Source: a virus
Lineage: Duplodnaviria > Caudoviricetes
Direction: 5' to 3' (one strand)
DNA: 61,042 nt
Virus record (IMG/VR): IMGVR_UViG_3300042377_000298
Span: 1-61,042 of that record
Below the pieces are notes generated by a model, which saw only the letters and a program-made list of their open reading frames with translations, had not been told where the DNA came from and did not search any database. Below, piece by piece: positions 10,396-25,200 of this stretch; the stretch's first letter is position 1, and each line of letters starts with the position of its first letter. The position numbers and the translations under genes were made by a program.

Positions 10396-11780
10396 TGGCA
10401 CTACAAGAAGATCCCACTAAAACTTTTGGTTCTACTTCTTATTTTAAGAATAAGGATGATCAACGCAAAGCAGTTAATGAAACTCGACAAGCCGAGAGGC
10501 AAAAGCGTATAGCGACGCAATTGCTTCGACGTAACATGAAGAAGTCCATGAGGGCTGGTGGCGATGGAGGTAATTTCATGCAAGCTGCCAAACTTGGCAA
10601 ACTAGACATCTTTGGAAGCAATGGGCTAGGAGAAGAGGCTGGTGCTGCCATGAGAAGGGCGCGTTACGACGTTGATCAAAACTTTCAAGCAGCAGCCAAG
10701 GCAAAGGCTATGGAAGAGTCTAAAAAGGGCAATGCGGGGCAAACGCCAGCAATCAACACAGGTGCGCCAATGCAAGCTGACTCGATTACTCAAACTGGAG
10801 ACACTACTCCAGCCAATACAACTCCTCCCCCACCCGTATCTAGTCAAGTAGCAACTCAACCAGCAGACTCCAAATCTGTATTAACTCGTCCTGATTGGGC
10901 TGATGAAGTAAAAAATGACAGGACGTTCAAAGATGTTGATTTTAATGATCCCGGAACTCTTGCCAAAATTCAAGGAAAATCAAGAGCTGAAGTATATGAT
11001 ATGCTTATGAAAGCAAAAGCCAGCAGTTTCATGTCTGGAGCAAGCAGGGCTGGCGCAAGCATGATAGCAGATGAAGAAGCTGCAATAAAATTAGCAGCAG
11101 AAGCGCAAGCAAAAAAAGAAAAAGGAATTTTTGATTCAAAAGTAAAAGACAAAGTTGATACGGCAATTATGAATTCCGCTGCGGGTTTAGATCGTGATCC
11201 TGATGGAGGCATTTTAAGAACAAGTAAAGCTGACACTGCATCTTATAATTTTGCACTGGAACAGGCAACCATGATTAATAAGTTGGCTAATAATTTGTCA
11301 GAGGAAAATTTTCAGTTCATGGGGACGACTAGAGAGAAGTTCTTACAGAAAGCTGCTCAAAATAATCCAGTAACTAATGAGTATCAAACTCCAAGCGCAG
11401 ATTACTATTCAATGTCGCTTGAAGACCAAGTTGCTGATCTTCAAAAAAGAAACAAGGATTATGATTCTGGAAACTCTCCACCTATAGGAACAGTTAAACA
11501 ATATGAATACAAGTTGTCTGATAATGGAGAAATTGTAGTTGAACTTAATCCTAATTACAAATCAAAAGAAGCAGAAACTTACGAGCAATTAAAGTTTGAG
11601 TCTCAGGATGGCGCTTCAACATTAATGAAAAACACTCGTGATCTTGTCTTGGCTGAAGACAAAGCCAAGCAACAAAGACTTGATAAACTAGCATTGGATA
11701 GAGCACAATATCAAGAACAACGTATACGTGATCAACAAGCAAAAGCAGCTGCTTCAACAATGTTTGGAACTGGATCTTAA
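10395..11780 (+). CDS. Putative internal virion (ejection) protein 1
   Basis: Ala/Gln/Lys-rich and helical. First of three consecutive ejection-like genes. Confidence 0.55.
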   Translation: MALQEDPTKTFGSTSYFKNKDDQRKAVNETRQAERQKRIATQLLRRNMKKSMRAGGDGGNFMQAAKLGKLDIFGSNGLGEEAGAAMRRARYDVDQNFQAAAKAKAMEESKKGNAGQTPAINTGAPMQADSITQTGDTTPANTTPPPPVSSQVATQPADSKSVLTRPDWADEVKNDRTFKDVDFNDPGTLAKIQGKSRAEVYDMLMKAKASSFMSGASRAGASMIADEEAAIKLAAEAQAKKEKGIFDSKVKDKVDTAIMNSAAGLDRDPDGGILRTSKADTASYNFALEQATMINKLANNLSEENFQFMGTTREKFLQKAAQNNPVTNEYQTPSADYYSMSLEDQVADLQKRNKDYDSGNSPPIGTVKQYEYKLSDNGEIVVELNPNYKSKEAETYEQLKFESQDGASTLMKNTRDLVLAEDKAKQQRLDKLALDRAQYQEQRIRDQQAKAAASTMFGTGS

Positions 11781-11802
11781 AATAATTACTTACTAAATTA
11801 AT

Positions 11803-13227
11803 ATGGCTGAAGAATTTGATAAATTAACTGAATCAGACAAGCTGCGTAGCTTTGTAGACACTAGCGGATTTAGAGAGCAATTAGCAGAAAGCACTGCTAA
11901 GATTTTTGATACAGAATTAAAAAGCATGCAGCTTGATGAATCAAAAATTGATATTGCTGAAAAGCAAAAACTATATGCGTCAAATGAAATTGAGAGACGA
12001 GAAAAACAAAAAGCAACCGAATATCAAATCAAATTTGCAGAATCTTCTTTTAATGCAAAAAATGTAGATGAAGTTAATTCGGCTGCGCAAAAGTTTATAT
12101 CCGAGAATCCTGGTTCCGCGTTATACGTCAGTCCTGCAATTGACAATAAAATTAAATCCTTGTCTGGCCAATCAGCTACAAAAGGTCAAGAATTGCAACT
12201 TAAAAGAGAAAAAGAACTTGAGGAACAACAAACTAAAGCAGATAAGGCAAGGCTAAGAGCAGACTCATTAAAAAGCGAGGTTGATGCAAGAAACATATTA
12301 ATCCAAGATAATTTAAGTTCTGGAGCAGTTGATCAAGCTGTGCTAGACATTACCGCTGATTTGCCAGAATCTTTTTATTCTGAGTCTAACAAAGCATTCA
12401 GTGAAATTAATAATATTACAGATCCTCTTGGCAAGCAACTAGCTGCTCAAGAATTTGCTAAAAAATATCAACCAATTGCAAGAGGTTACAGGATTGCAAA
12501 AGTTGTTACTTCTGATTTCTTTAATGATAATCTTCCGTATCTTAATGCACTTAGGGAAACCAAAAATGAATTTTTTGTAGACAAAGATGGGAAGCCTATT
12601 TCTCTTGGCAAATTAATTGAACATCTTGGTGGTGCAGACACTGAAGACGGTGCAAGTAGGGGGTCTATTCTTTTTGATCAATTAATTAGCGAGTCTAAGG
12701 ATGAGGGTGAAATAAAAAAACTTATGGACATGCGTAAAAACTTTGATCAAATTTCTGACTTGCAAAAACTTCAAGCTAAAGTTATTGCAACTAGTAAAAG
12801 TGATTCACTTGATTCTGAAGGAATACCACTTACTCCTGAAATGCGCACAGTTAAACTAAGATTAGAGACTGCTGCTTTTGCAAGGCAATCCGAAATAGTT
12901 GCGGCTTCAAGAGATATTGAAATGAAACGTGAACTAGAAAATCTTGGATTAATGCAAAAACAAGCCAATCTTGAAAAGACTGTTGTTCAAACTGATACAG
13001 CAAAAGATGTAAACGCCATTAAGCTTTTAAGTATTTCATTGACCAGCGCATCAGAAAAATTAAGAACAATATCAAAAAAAGCAGATAAAGAGCTTGAGGA
13101 ACGAAACACAGTTAATGCTTCGACTAAACTTGCTCTTGAGGCAGCACAAAAAGAATATAATGATCTGCAAGATAAAATTCAAAATTTTAAAACCCAGAAC
13201 AATGATGATGGGAATCTTGATGATTGA
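11803..13227 (+). CDS. Putative internal virion (ejection) protein 2
   Basis: Coiled-coil-rich, 474 aa. Confidence 0.55.
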   Translation: MAEEFDKLTESDKLRSFVDTSGFREQLAESTAKIFDTELKSMQLDESKIDIAEKQKLYASNEIERREKQKATEYQIKFAESSFNAKNVDEVNSAAQKFISENPGSALYVSPAIDNKIKSLSGQSATKGQELQLKREKELEEQQTKADKARLRADSLKSEVDARNILIQDNLSSGAVDQAVLDITADLPESFYSESNKAFSEINNITDPLGKQLAAQEFAKKYQPIARGYRIAKVVTSDFFNDNLPYLNALRETKNEFFVDKDGKPISLGKLIEHLGGADTEDGASRGSILFDQLISESKDEGEIKKLMDMRKNFDQISDLQKLQAKVIATSKSDSLDSEGIPLTPEMRTVKLRLETAAFARQSEIVAASRDIEMKRELENLGLMQKQANLEKTVVQTDTAKDVNAIKLLSISLTSASEKLRTISKKADKELEERNTVNASTKLALEAAQKEYNDLQDKIQNFKTQNNDDGNLDD

Positions 13228-13260
13228 TAAAAACAAAATTAATTCACCAAACTAAATAAC

Positions 13261-16200
13261 ATGTCTGAAATTTCTCCTATTAATACTGAAAATGATAAAT
13301 TACCTATTGATGATCAGCCTAATAATGCAACAAATATAACTCCAGTTATTGCTCCTTTAGATCAATCAATAAAACAAGAAGCTTCCACAGCCAAGGCTCC
13401 TAAAGTTCCAGATGTAGAAAAAACAAATGCTCGCCGCAAGACTTATGAGTTTTTGGATATCGACCCAATTGATTCATTAAATGTTTTCAATAAAGTAAAT
13501 AAAAATGAATGGAGTTCTGCTGATCCTTCTCGTCGAGATGAAATTGCTTCTGAGAGATTAAATGAGCTAAATCAAAACTTAATAGCAGCAGACCCTAGCA
13601 CCCCATCTGGGCGTGTAGAGATTCCATCATTGCGCAAAATAATTGTAGACGGTAAAGAGACAGAAGAGTTAGTAAATGTTCCTGCTAGCGACAGTTCTGG
13701 AAGGCTTAGCAAGGCTGGTCAGGATTACTACAATCAATCATCTTCTTTACTTTCATCAGCAGCAAAAGATGAGAAAGGTGGACTACGCATAAATCCACTT
13801 ACTGGGAAAACGGTATCGAAAATTGGATCTCGTTTATTAACGCCATATGCAAAAGATGAAATTGATCCTGAGAGATTTTCTGTAAATGAAGAAGGAATTA
13901 AATATGAAAAATTAAATCCAGAAGATGTTGTTGATTACGCGCATGTTCGCAGAATTTATCAGGCAAGAGCGAAACAAGCTGGCATATCCTACAAAAAATT
14001 AATTACTGAATTAATAAGTCCAGGCGAGTCATTGGATCAACTTGATGTAAATAGGCGCATTGTATCTGATATTGGATACAATGCGGGAACCTATGAGGAT
14101 GGATCAAGTGGTGAATTTGTTAATGATCTAGAGCTGCTTGCACAAATTAAAAATTCAAAAATTGGTTCTGAAAACAAAGAAGAAAATGAAAAGTTACAGG
14201 CAATACTTACCAAAAGTATTGCAAGACTTAAAGCCGAAGAAGGCATGGGTTCCAAATTGGTTGATCTTCATGATGGTCAACCAATTTTCAATATGGAGAA
14301 AATAAAAAATATTAATGATATTGAACAAGCATTAGAACAACTTCCAATTTCTAAAACAGAAAAACAATCACTTAAATTAAACTTCAAGACAAATTTTGAA
14401 TCCCAAGCTGTTGAGTTAATTAGAAAACTAGATGTTGGGGATCAGATGACTGATCTTTTCAGGAATAATGATGGACTTGAAAAACTTGCTGATTACATAG
14501 ATCCGGAAACACGTAAAAAATTAGATATTCCTGATTTCCGTGATTTTAGCTCGTTTGAATCATTTACAAATTCTGGGCTATCTGCATATGATTGGCTAAA
14601 ACAAAATTCTGATTTATACGATACTAATATTATATCTTCCAGCATAGAAAAAATTCTTCTTGGAACGCTTGACTCTTTTGACTCTACTAGAGTTGCTGTT
14701 TTAAGTCTTGGAGCTGGAATTGCTCAAGCAGGCATGTCTGTATTGCCAAATACCATAAGCGAAGGACTTAAAGGTAGAGAGTTGCTAGAAGATGCACGGC
14801 TAGGTTTAGCTGAAGGGAAAGCTTTTTTTTCAGAAATGAAAAAAGGTAGAGCTGCCCAGCTTGGGAAATGGGATTTAATAGGCAACGAAGATAGTTATAT
14901 TAATATTACAAGTGATGATATTTTTGACGCTGCTGGAAATATTATTGAAATGTATCTTACGCTAGGTACTTCAAGCGCTGTAAAGGGTCTTGGACTAATT
15001 GGATCAAGAACATTGACCGTTGCAGCATCCAAAGAGTTAGGGAAAAAAGCTGCTGTGGAGTCAACAAAAATGGCAGCAAAATTGCAAGGCGCAGATTCTT
15101 TATTGTTAAGGAACATTGGCAAGATTTCTAAATCTGGAATTGAGTTTAAAGAAGGTGCTAAAGCTTTATGGCAAAACGCAGAAGCATTGAATACTGCGGC
15201 AAATGTATTAAAGACAAGTTTGTATGGCTCATTTACGTCCGCTGGTGGCGGTATCGGAGAAGGTTATTCACGCGCTATACAAGCAGGCAAGAGTGAAGAC
15301 GAAGCTCTTATTGAAGCTACCTCTACTGGGCTTAGCAATGGCCTTGCTACTTTTGTTGCAATGACTGTAATGAACGGGTTGTTTCCTAGTCTAGGTGTCG
15401 AGAAAGGGCTTATTAAAGCCTCTGAGGGAGTTGGATTACGCACATCAATCAGAAACACTATTGCTAGAAACAAATCTTCCGATTCTATTTCAAAGGGCCT
15501 TAGGGAATTAGTTAAAGATAAAGCAACATTAAAGGGAGTTCCAAAAGGTGTTGCAGATGCAATGCGTGGCATTTCTAAATCGCAAGGAATTGTTGGCTTT
15601 GGCAAATCTGTTACTTTTGGAAGCATTGCAGAAGGCATTGAAGAATGGGGTGATGAAATGCTTGCTCCCGTTATTAATGCTTATCTATTAAAAAATGAAT
15701 CTGCTCGTAAACAATTAGAAACAGATGGGTATTGGCTTGGAGCACTTAAGGCTGGAGTTATTGGCATGTTGATGGGTGGAGCAACATCTTTAGGAACAAA
15801 AACTTCTGAAGGTAAAGCAAAGGCTTTTGAACTTGCTAATCAACGTATGGATTCTTATATTGAAAGAGTTCTACCTGCATATAAAGGAATGCAAGACGAG
15901 CTTGTATCTGTAAAGTCTACAACTGCCGAGGGAGCCGAAGCAATTGGCACATTACGCAATATTTTAGAAACTGGCACTACTGACCAAAAGGTTCAGGCGT
16001 TGACAGAGCTTGGCAAACAAAAAATTCAACAATTATCTTTTGATGCGAATACCAAACAAGAAGGTGTTTTAAAAACTCCATCTACTCCTCAAGATTCTGA
16101 CACGAGCAAAAATCCAGATGCAAAAGGTGACCCAATAACTCCAAAAGAAAAAACTACTACTGTAATTGAAAAAAAGAAATTTGATATTCCAAGTAAAATA

Positions 16201-19200
16201 ACAAATAAACAAAATAATGTAAATGTCCCAGTGCAAGAAGAAAGCAATCTTGCTTCATTTGCTTACAATCAAGCGCATGGTCTAGAGATTAAAGATACGA
16301 ATATGCCTAGTCCAAAACTCGAAGTAAGTGGCTCTAGCGTATTCCAAAAAGTTGGTGGCAATATCACTGTTACAAGTTATAACATTAATGGCAATGAAGC
16401 CGATCTTCATAGTTTTGAAGATACAAATGGAGATACTATTTTTACAAATAAAACCAATTTAGGGAAATTATTACTCAAGTCGCATGGCCAAGGAGTTGTT
16501 CTTAAGAATTTATCAAAAGTTTCAAATACTGATAACGTTGCTTCTTTAATAAAATCCTCAGAAAGCAATGTTGATAAAAATCAAACACCAGAAAAAGATA
16601 AAGCTTCTGATCCTGAAGTCACAGAAAAAGATGATTCAAATAAATCAACTTCTGAGCAAGATCCTTTGTCAACAGATACAGCTCCTATTGAAGCAGAGGA
16701 GAAAACTGAAGATATTTACGATGAGAATAAACAAGTTGTTGGAGAAAATAAATTAAAACCAGCACTTAAAAAAGTTTACGACAAGTATCGAAATTATTTT
16801 AATAGAAAGAAAATTGGTATTATTATTGTAACCAATGCTAGTGAGCTTGAAAACATACCCGAATTTAAAAACTTTAAAAAAACCTCAATGGGATTTGCAG
16901 GGACAATTAATATTGGGAAATCAAATCAACGCGATGTTATTGTTATTATAACAGATAATATTGAATCCCAGAAAGCAAGCACACCAGAGGCATCTATTGA
17001 AACAATTTTTGAAGATATTCTTGAGCACGAAAATGCTCATGTCATTACAAAACGATTTAATAGAACAAAAAAAGGCAATAAGCTCAGGAAGGATTTTGAA
17101 GAAGATTTATTCAACAATCAGAAACTTAATGAAGCAATGGATGAAGACTATCCAAGTTTTTCAAAACAAAGTAATGATACCAAGTTTTTTGAATTTGTTA
17201 GAACATTTGTTTCTGGAAAACTAACTAATAGAACTTTGTCTGCGATGATGAGCATCAGCCCATCAATGAAGAAATGGATAGCTGGATTTATTAAGTTTGC
17301 AAAAAAAGAACTAAAAAACTACAGAGGAGCTAAGACTTATTTATCTGCATTTGAAAAGTTTTACATTCAAGAAATTAAGGATGACGCTGCGTTATTCAAG
17401 TATTCTCCATCATCCACTGAAGCATTTAAGAATTTTATTACCAATCTTATATCAAAGGTTTCCCCAACCAAAGCTCGCAAACAAGGAAAGCTTTTAACAA
17501 CAAAAGAAATTGACTTTAGTAATGTTGATAGATATGCAGATGCTTTTACTGATTTTCTTAGAACTGGAATTACAGATTTAACATCTCCTAATGATTTAGT
17601 ATCTAAACTAGTCGATATTCTTAATGGATTTTCTGAAGAATCAATTGGATTAGGGCCAGAATCTAAAAAAGAAATTTTCAATAAAGTAATTGAAGATTGG
17701 AGAAATAACGAAACAAACACAGATATTCTTAATGCATTGTTGGATGCCTCTAATAAAATTGGATCAGTCGATAACGCTCCTCACATTTCTGACGAGTCTA
17801 CTCCTGCTTCAGAGATGGTTCTTAAAGCTACTGAAGAAAGACTAGCATACAACCAGTATACGCGCATTAGAAAGACAGTTGCAGACACTCTTGTAGTTTT
17901 GGTCAAGAACGATACAACCGCCACCCAAAAGGCTGTAACAGAGATTGACAAGCCTTCTGACACTCAAGGAAATTCTGCCAGTAATGCGTATATCTTAGGG
18001 AGGATTGATCAAGCAACTGGTGAAATTATTGATCTTGGATTTGAGGTAGGAGACGTTGTAAGCGTAGTCAATTCAAGCGGCGATGTTATACAACATTTAG
18101 TTTACGTTAAATCGGAAATCTTCATTGCGCCTAATGGACAGAAAGAAGCTAGGCATGAGTTTCTTTCTGGAGTTGTTTCAGAAAATGGCAAACTAAGTTC
18201 TTTTGGGATTGGTTTGCAAACAATGTTTTCTGACAAGTTTCGGAAAGACTTTGAAGAAAGTGGGCTTGTTGATGATATGTTTGCTGTTGAAAGTGGCAAT
18301 CTGAAACTTGATAATGTTGATAAATTATTGCAATTTGTTTTTGAATCACTCACTAATAAGGCAATTAATTCCGAAGGCAAAAATATTAACTCAATTGAAA
18401 TTGCTGGAAAGAGCTACACATTTAATGATTTATTTTTATTTGATATTACAGGAAAGACTAGTGATGCCAATGCATCTCCATTTTATTACAAAGATGGCAA
18501 AATTGTAGTAAACATTGATGCGTTAAGAACTGAGTTTTCTTTTATTAATGACAGTCTTTTAAAGGACTCTGATAACAAAAAAACTATTGGATTGCTTATT
18601 GCTCAAGCGGTTCGCACCGCAATTGACGAAGAGTTGCTTCACCACATTACAACACTGACATTTGGTGAAGATGAACTTGTTAGCCTATATAACGATTTAG
18701 CAGAAAATGATAGATTTAGTGGCTTGTTAAATCAAATTGCCAATGCGCAAGGTATTTACGTATCTAGCGAACAATTTACAGATCAGCAGCGTTATGTTAT
18801 TGCTACAGAGTTCCTTGCATTTATTAATCAAAAGTCTTTTGATGGCGCAACATATGCAGATCAATACAATCAATTACTCAAGTCTTACGCCAGTGCCAAG
18901 CCAGATGGGAAAGCTCTTGCTACTGCATCTTTATATGGAAAACGATTTAAAGATATTCTCATAGCTAGATCCGCTACATCACTAATGGCTCCGCGTCTTA
19001 TTGACATGGTTAACAAACTATCAGTATTGAAAAGCGAAGTCATGCCAAAGCAATCTAGCTCCAACATGGCCAATGTATACGCAAACTTCAATGCAGATGC
19101 ATACACTAAATCCAGAGGTCGTATGCAGCAATCTATTGATAATGCATTCTTAAAACAATATTCCGCTGTAAATGACTTGCGCACTTACCTTGCTGAGAGT

Positions 19201-22200
19201 CGATTAATGGCAAATCAAATATTAGATTTTGACTTTAACAATAACACTGTTTCTTTATCTCCAGAATTTAGGGCTGTATATCAAAACAAAATTACAGCCG
19301 AAGAATTGGCTGAACTAGATGATTACTTTAGCCGACTAAACAATGATTCTGTAGTAAGAGAGTTTCTTGTTACGCTTTCAGCCGCAAGAGCAAGTCTTGA
19401 TGCAATTACTGAGCAAGTTGACGTGAACAATAATGATCCTGATTTGGGTAATAGATTTCAACAAGCAACTAAAAATTACAATAATCTTGTATTGGACTAT
19501 GCTGATATTTTCCTAAACAAAAACCTTACAAAAGTTGATGAGTTTGGTAGATCCTTTGCAGTAATTGGTTCCGAGCTTGGAGGAGAATCATTTCCTGTTT
19601 ATTCAGAAACATCTGATAACTCTGTCACAGTCAAATTTAATGCAGATACCAGCAATGTCACTATATTCACATACGATGTTAATTTGTTTGGTTATGAAAA
19701 TCAAAATCCAAGTAACGCAATTAATGACCGATATGAACAAAGAAAAAAATTTGCAGATGTTAACAATGATTTGGAAAAAGCAAAAACAGAAACTCTTTGG
19801 TTTTATGGCTACAGGGGTAGATACACAAGTTCCGATCGCCAAAACTTTCCCAACAAGGTTTCGACAATTGAAGGCAATGCGGCGTTTCTTGGAGAAGAGG
19901 AATTCAACTTCTTTTATATTTCAAGAATTAATGGAGAATCATTTAGATTAAATAACAACCCATATAGTTACACTGACTTTAGGAAAATGATGGGTTTTAA
20001 TCCCATTGATTTCAAGATCAATAGTGATGGGGAAAAAGTCTTCTTAAACTTCAATGAAGTTATTAATAAATTTATTATTTCTGACGAAGAACTTGAAACT
20101 GGTGTTTCAAATACAAGCACTGGAGAATCTTACACGGTTACAATTCGACGCATGTCCGAAAGCAAATTGCTTAAGGATTCGGAACCAGAGAGACAAAGAA
20201 TTGTTCTAGGATCTGCTTTGCAAAGGTTTTTTGGCGATACTAAAAATATTTTAACTTGGTTCAATAAACTTGAAGAGATTATTGGTTATGAACGCAGTAG
20301 CGGTGATATCAATGTTATTAATGAAATATCTGGAAGAGAAACATTTGCTAGCAAGTTTGCCAAGCAGCTTAAGTATCGGATGTTTAACAATAGGTTAATT
20401 CATGGCAATGGTATTCATGAAAAAATAGATGGTGAAACTGAAAGTGATCAATCTCTCTATGGAATGATTAAGGAGCTTCAGTCTGCTTATTATGCATTAT
20501 TTGCCAGCATTACTCCACCAAGCGATGTCAAGCTTTTCAAATCAGTTGGCAAAAACGAATTAAGTAATGCAGAAGTTAGCAACCTACTTGCTAAATTGCC
20601 TGTGTTTCTAGAGGCAATTGATTCACTGAATCAAGATATTGGATTGGCTCGAAAAGCATATACACGTTTCACTAGCAGTTATCTTCTCAATACAATTAAG
20701 GGCGACATTCGATTGATTCAAGAACAAAACACTGAGGGTCTTAGAGCTAATGAAGAACTATTAAGGGCGATCCAGTATAGTTTTTATGATATTCAGGCAA
20801 TGGAGGATGTTGAGTTTTTAATGGACTACAGGAATAATGGTGGAAGAAACGGAATAAATGGCATTATTGCGCTTAACCTTCTTGATCAACTTGCCAACAT
20901 TCCTAGTTCTGCGCAAAATGAATATTATGTCAGCAATACTCCATCTAAAAACGTTGCTTATTTGCTACAAACATACGCTATGTATCTTGAAAATGGAGTT
21001 AATCCAAGAACAAAAGATGCTGATGGTAAGTCAACCTATCCAACTGACAACTTAGTATTTAATGTTATTCAGAAATATGGAGACAAGGCTAACGAGAATG
21101 AAGATGATTTCAATGCGGATATTGACACTAAACCAAGCGACACTGCCGAAACCATTGGCATGTCTGGTGTCTCTCCAGTAACTGGTAGAGATGAGGCAAG
21201 TCAGGAGGCTATTGATTCAGCACGCAGAGAGTCAATGCACGAAGAGGTCAAGAGAATGAAGTCTTGGACTTTCCACGCTGCTATCTCTATTTTCCAAAGA
21301 ATTGTTGGCAATGACAATGATATAACTATTGATGGAATTGATACTTCAAAAACTAAATTGTTCTTTTACTTATTTGCTAAAATTCAAAATCGTCCAAGCA
21401 TGGAAAATGATTTCAATGAAGAGGACTTTAGCCAACTAAAGAAAGATCATCAAGACTTAAGCAACTTAATGCTTGATCAATTAAAAGCTCTTTCAAATCA
21501 CTACAACATGACAAACTCACCTAACACTGGGTTTGAACAGATCGCAAACAAAGTGCGTAAATCTAGTTATACGCATCCAATGGAATTCCTTGCTGATGTT
21601 GTTGAGGTGATTGGTGCAATGGAAAGAGATTATCTTGATGAGGTTACTGATGCTGGGAAAACTCTTGCTGAATATTCACAAAGAGAGCTTAAAAAGGAAA
21701 TAGCTAAATCTGAATCCGCAGTTAGCGTAGATAAAGGCGCTACAAGTTTTGCTGATACTAGTAAATTGCAAGAAAAACTTGAGTCATTGATTGAAGGATT
21801 AAATCTTGAATTAGATAGTCCATCTGTGTCTCCATCAATTATAGCACTGTATAAAACTAAAATTTCTGAGATTGAATCTGAGATTGAGTCTGCTACACAA
21901 GGTGCTGCTCAACAGGTTCAGGGCCAATCTGCTGTTAAGCGTTACATTAAAAAAGACACAACAGAGTTGCGCCAAAAACTGGACTTTCTTAATAGCCAGC
22001 TTGATGCATTTAAAACTTCCTTATTAGAAATAAGAGCGGACAACCCAAAGAATCCAAGCATTCCGGGTGTAATGAAAGAAATATCAAATAAGCAAGCTGA
22101 GGTAAAGAGAGCTACTTACGAACTTAAAAACTTAACATCAGAAAATGAAAAAGCTGATGCGCAAATAAAAACCCCAATTGAAAAACTTGAAAATTATTAT

Positions 22201-25200
22201 CAAGCACTTAGATCAAAGTTGTATGCGGCGCAGCAAAAAGCAACTACTGATGATCTTGGAAATGCAGTTTCTGAAACAACCAAAAGAGACATTGGTAATG
22301 AAGGTCAATTTTTGCGTAGGCCTCGAGTTGGAGAAACAGAAAATATTGCAGTTAACGAACTTGCTGCTGATGCGCAAATTGAAAGCATAATGAATCGAGT
22401 TGGCTTGATGATTTCAAAACTACAGAATTTACAAGAAAAACCAAAGTCAATGCTTAGCTATAACCAAGAGCAAGCACAGTTGGTATTGGACTCCATGCAG
22501 GAAGATTCAGACAAGAATAAATTAAGTGCAGGAACTATTTTTTACGCTAGAACATTTAAATTCAAATCTAATGAATCATTAATTAATGATAGCTTGTTCA
22601 TGAAGTTTCCTTTATTTAGCGCATTAATTCAATCAATGCCTAACCTGATTGTGTATCAACCAGATACAAACTATAATGGGAAAACAAATAATCTTCCTGA
22701 TGGTGCTGGCCTTGTGCAATTGTCAAATGGAGACAATATATTGTATATCACAAATCCTGATCAATTAAATAATAGCAAACAAGCTCAGATTCTAGAGTCT
22801 TTAATTGTCGCACAAATTAAATCAGAATCGGACAATGGCGCTCGCCCTTCTGTTTTACAGCAGACAATTGATCAAATGGCTGAAGTAGTGCAAACTCAAG
22901 CTAAGCACGCAATCAACATGACCCCAGACAGGATTAATGTAATGATGGCAAGAGCTGAACTTGCGATTAACAAACTTACAACAATTGATAATAAAGTTAA
23001 AAAAGCGATAATTAGTCGTTACAAAAAGTCACTAGAGGCAAATGCTTACGACTCAATCAAGTTGCTAACTAATCGGACAGCTAGGCGTTCATACATTGAG
23101 GATCGCGTATCTAATCGCACGGAAAACGTAAGTCGTTTCTTTGACCAATTAGTAACTGCTGATCGTGCAAATGGGAAGACATCAACAATTGACAATATTC
23201 AAATGATTGTTGATATGTTTACTAATCCAGATTCATATAGGTTATTAAGCACATTCAAATCTCCTGATTTAGATTTTAATGCATATTCACCATTGCCTCA
23301 ATTTGATGCTTTGCTTAATAAGGCTTTGTCAATTTTTGCAATTCCCGAAGTTCGAAGTAGTGCAATTCATGAAATTCAAATACAAAAAAGACTTCAGTTA
23401 ATAGATGAAGCAAACGAAGGAATTGAAGAAGACAATGTTGAGACTGATCCAAATTTAATTTACGAAGCTATTGCTGAAAATTACAACGAAGAAAATCGCA
23501 CTCGAAAAAAACTAAGCAAACCTGAGATTTTAAATATCATCAAGCAAATGTCGGATAGTCAAATTAAGGGCATTATTGACCCTCTCATCATGGAGAGGTA
23601 TTTCTTGACCAATCGCTCACCTGAAGCTGCAAAAGACCTTGTTGAGGCATTTAAGCAGAACACTGCGCAACCTGACTTCCTATACAGATATGTTGGATCA
23701 CAATTAATGAAAGCAATGGAGCCTACATTAATTAACGCAGATCCTTCAATTAAGGAAACATCTATTTTTGATAATGAGTTTCCAACTAAATCACTTAGTC
23801 GTGAAGCAAGAGCATATGACGTTTTGTTTGCAACCAATAAGCCAATCTTACTTAGCACTATGATGGACCCAGCCATTGGAACTAATAATACTTTTTCCAA
23901 TGTTGAGGCGAGAACGCCAACTGGAGATATTACTAATTTCTATTATGGCCACAGCCCAATGACTGAAACTTATAGGGTCAATCGCAAAAAAGTTCTTCTT
24001 GGGATGTTACTTGGCAAAACTGAAACTGGCAAAAGTTTAGTTGATAAGCTATTTGATGATCAAGAAGAATTAGCTATGGAAGTTTTTTCCGTCACTTCCT
24101 CTGTAAGCCTTGATAAGTTTTCTGGCATTTTAGGATTAATGATTAAGGAACTACCCGCATTAATAGGCGATGATGTAGTAGCTAGGGCAGAGCAAATCGT
24201 TGATAGAATTGCTGTCTTAGCGCGCAACAACAAAGAAGAAACCAAGAAACGTATTGCTGAATTAAGCAATCAATTAGAGGTGATTAAACAACAAGGACGA
24301 GAATTCTTATTAGAGAAACTTATTGAGCGAAATAAAGAAGCTGCTAAAGTCGCAACTTCACAACTTCTTTTTACTCCTGATGAAAACGAAGAAAACATTG
24401 GTATTTATGACTCTCGATCCACACTGGAATCTATTGCAAATCGTATTTCTAATTATCTCATTTCTGAAAAACTTGGTTTGAATCGCAACAGTTATAACTT
24501 AGCTAAAAAACTAGAAACAAATGCAAATAGCTATTTGTTAAAATATAAAAATGCTATTTCAAGAATATCTAATTATGATCAACAAATTGCAACTTTATTT
24601 GATGGAGACTTTTCTTCCGACTATACTAGAAATAACACCAAGTATCGTTTTCTTGTTGATGGACGCAATAATTTAATTGATAAGGCTGAAATCTATAAAT
24701 CTGAGTATGTAAAGCTTGCGGCAATGGATTTAATGGGAGAGTTAATTAATCCGTCTCATTTCTTTGCAAGTCCCAATTCAGATGTGCAAGGTTATATCCG
24801 TAGTCGCCTGAATGAAATAGGCAATTATGGTAAGATTAAATACAGAAGTGTTTCACCATTTGATGAAGATGCTACCTCATCTGCTGTTTTCAGGGGAATT
24901 TCTGGTAGTCTTGTTACTAGAGGACGCAAAACAAATTTAATGCTTGGCATTAATAAAGCTACAAGGCCTGAATTTGCATCTGAATTGCTTGATGGAATTA
25001 CCAAGAACGAAGCAAAAGAAATGTTTGCTTCACTAGGTCCAGATTTGCTGAAAAATTTTGCAAACAATAAAGGATACCTACAAGACAACTTCAAGTCTGA
25101 AATGGTGCGCGAATTCTTTAGCCGACTAAAACAAGAAGGAACAATATCCAAGTTTGCTAAGGAGATGTCGCAAAAAATAGACGTTCTCAAATACAATGAG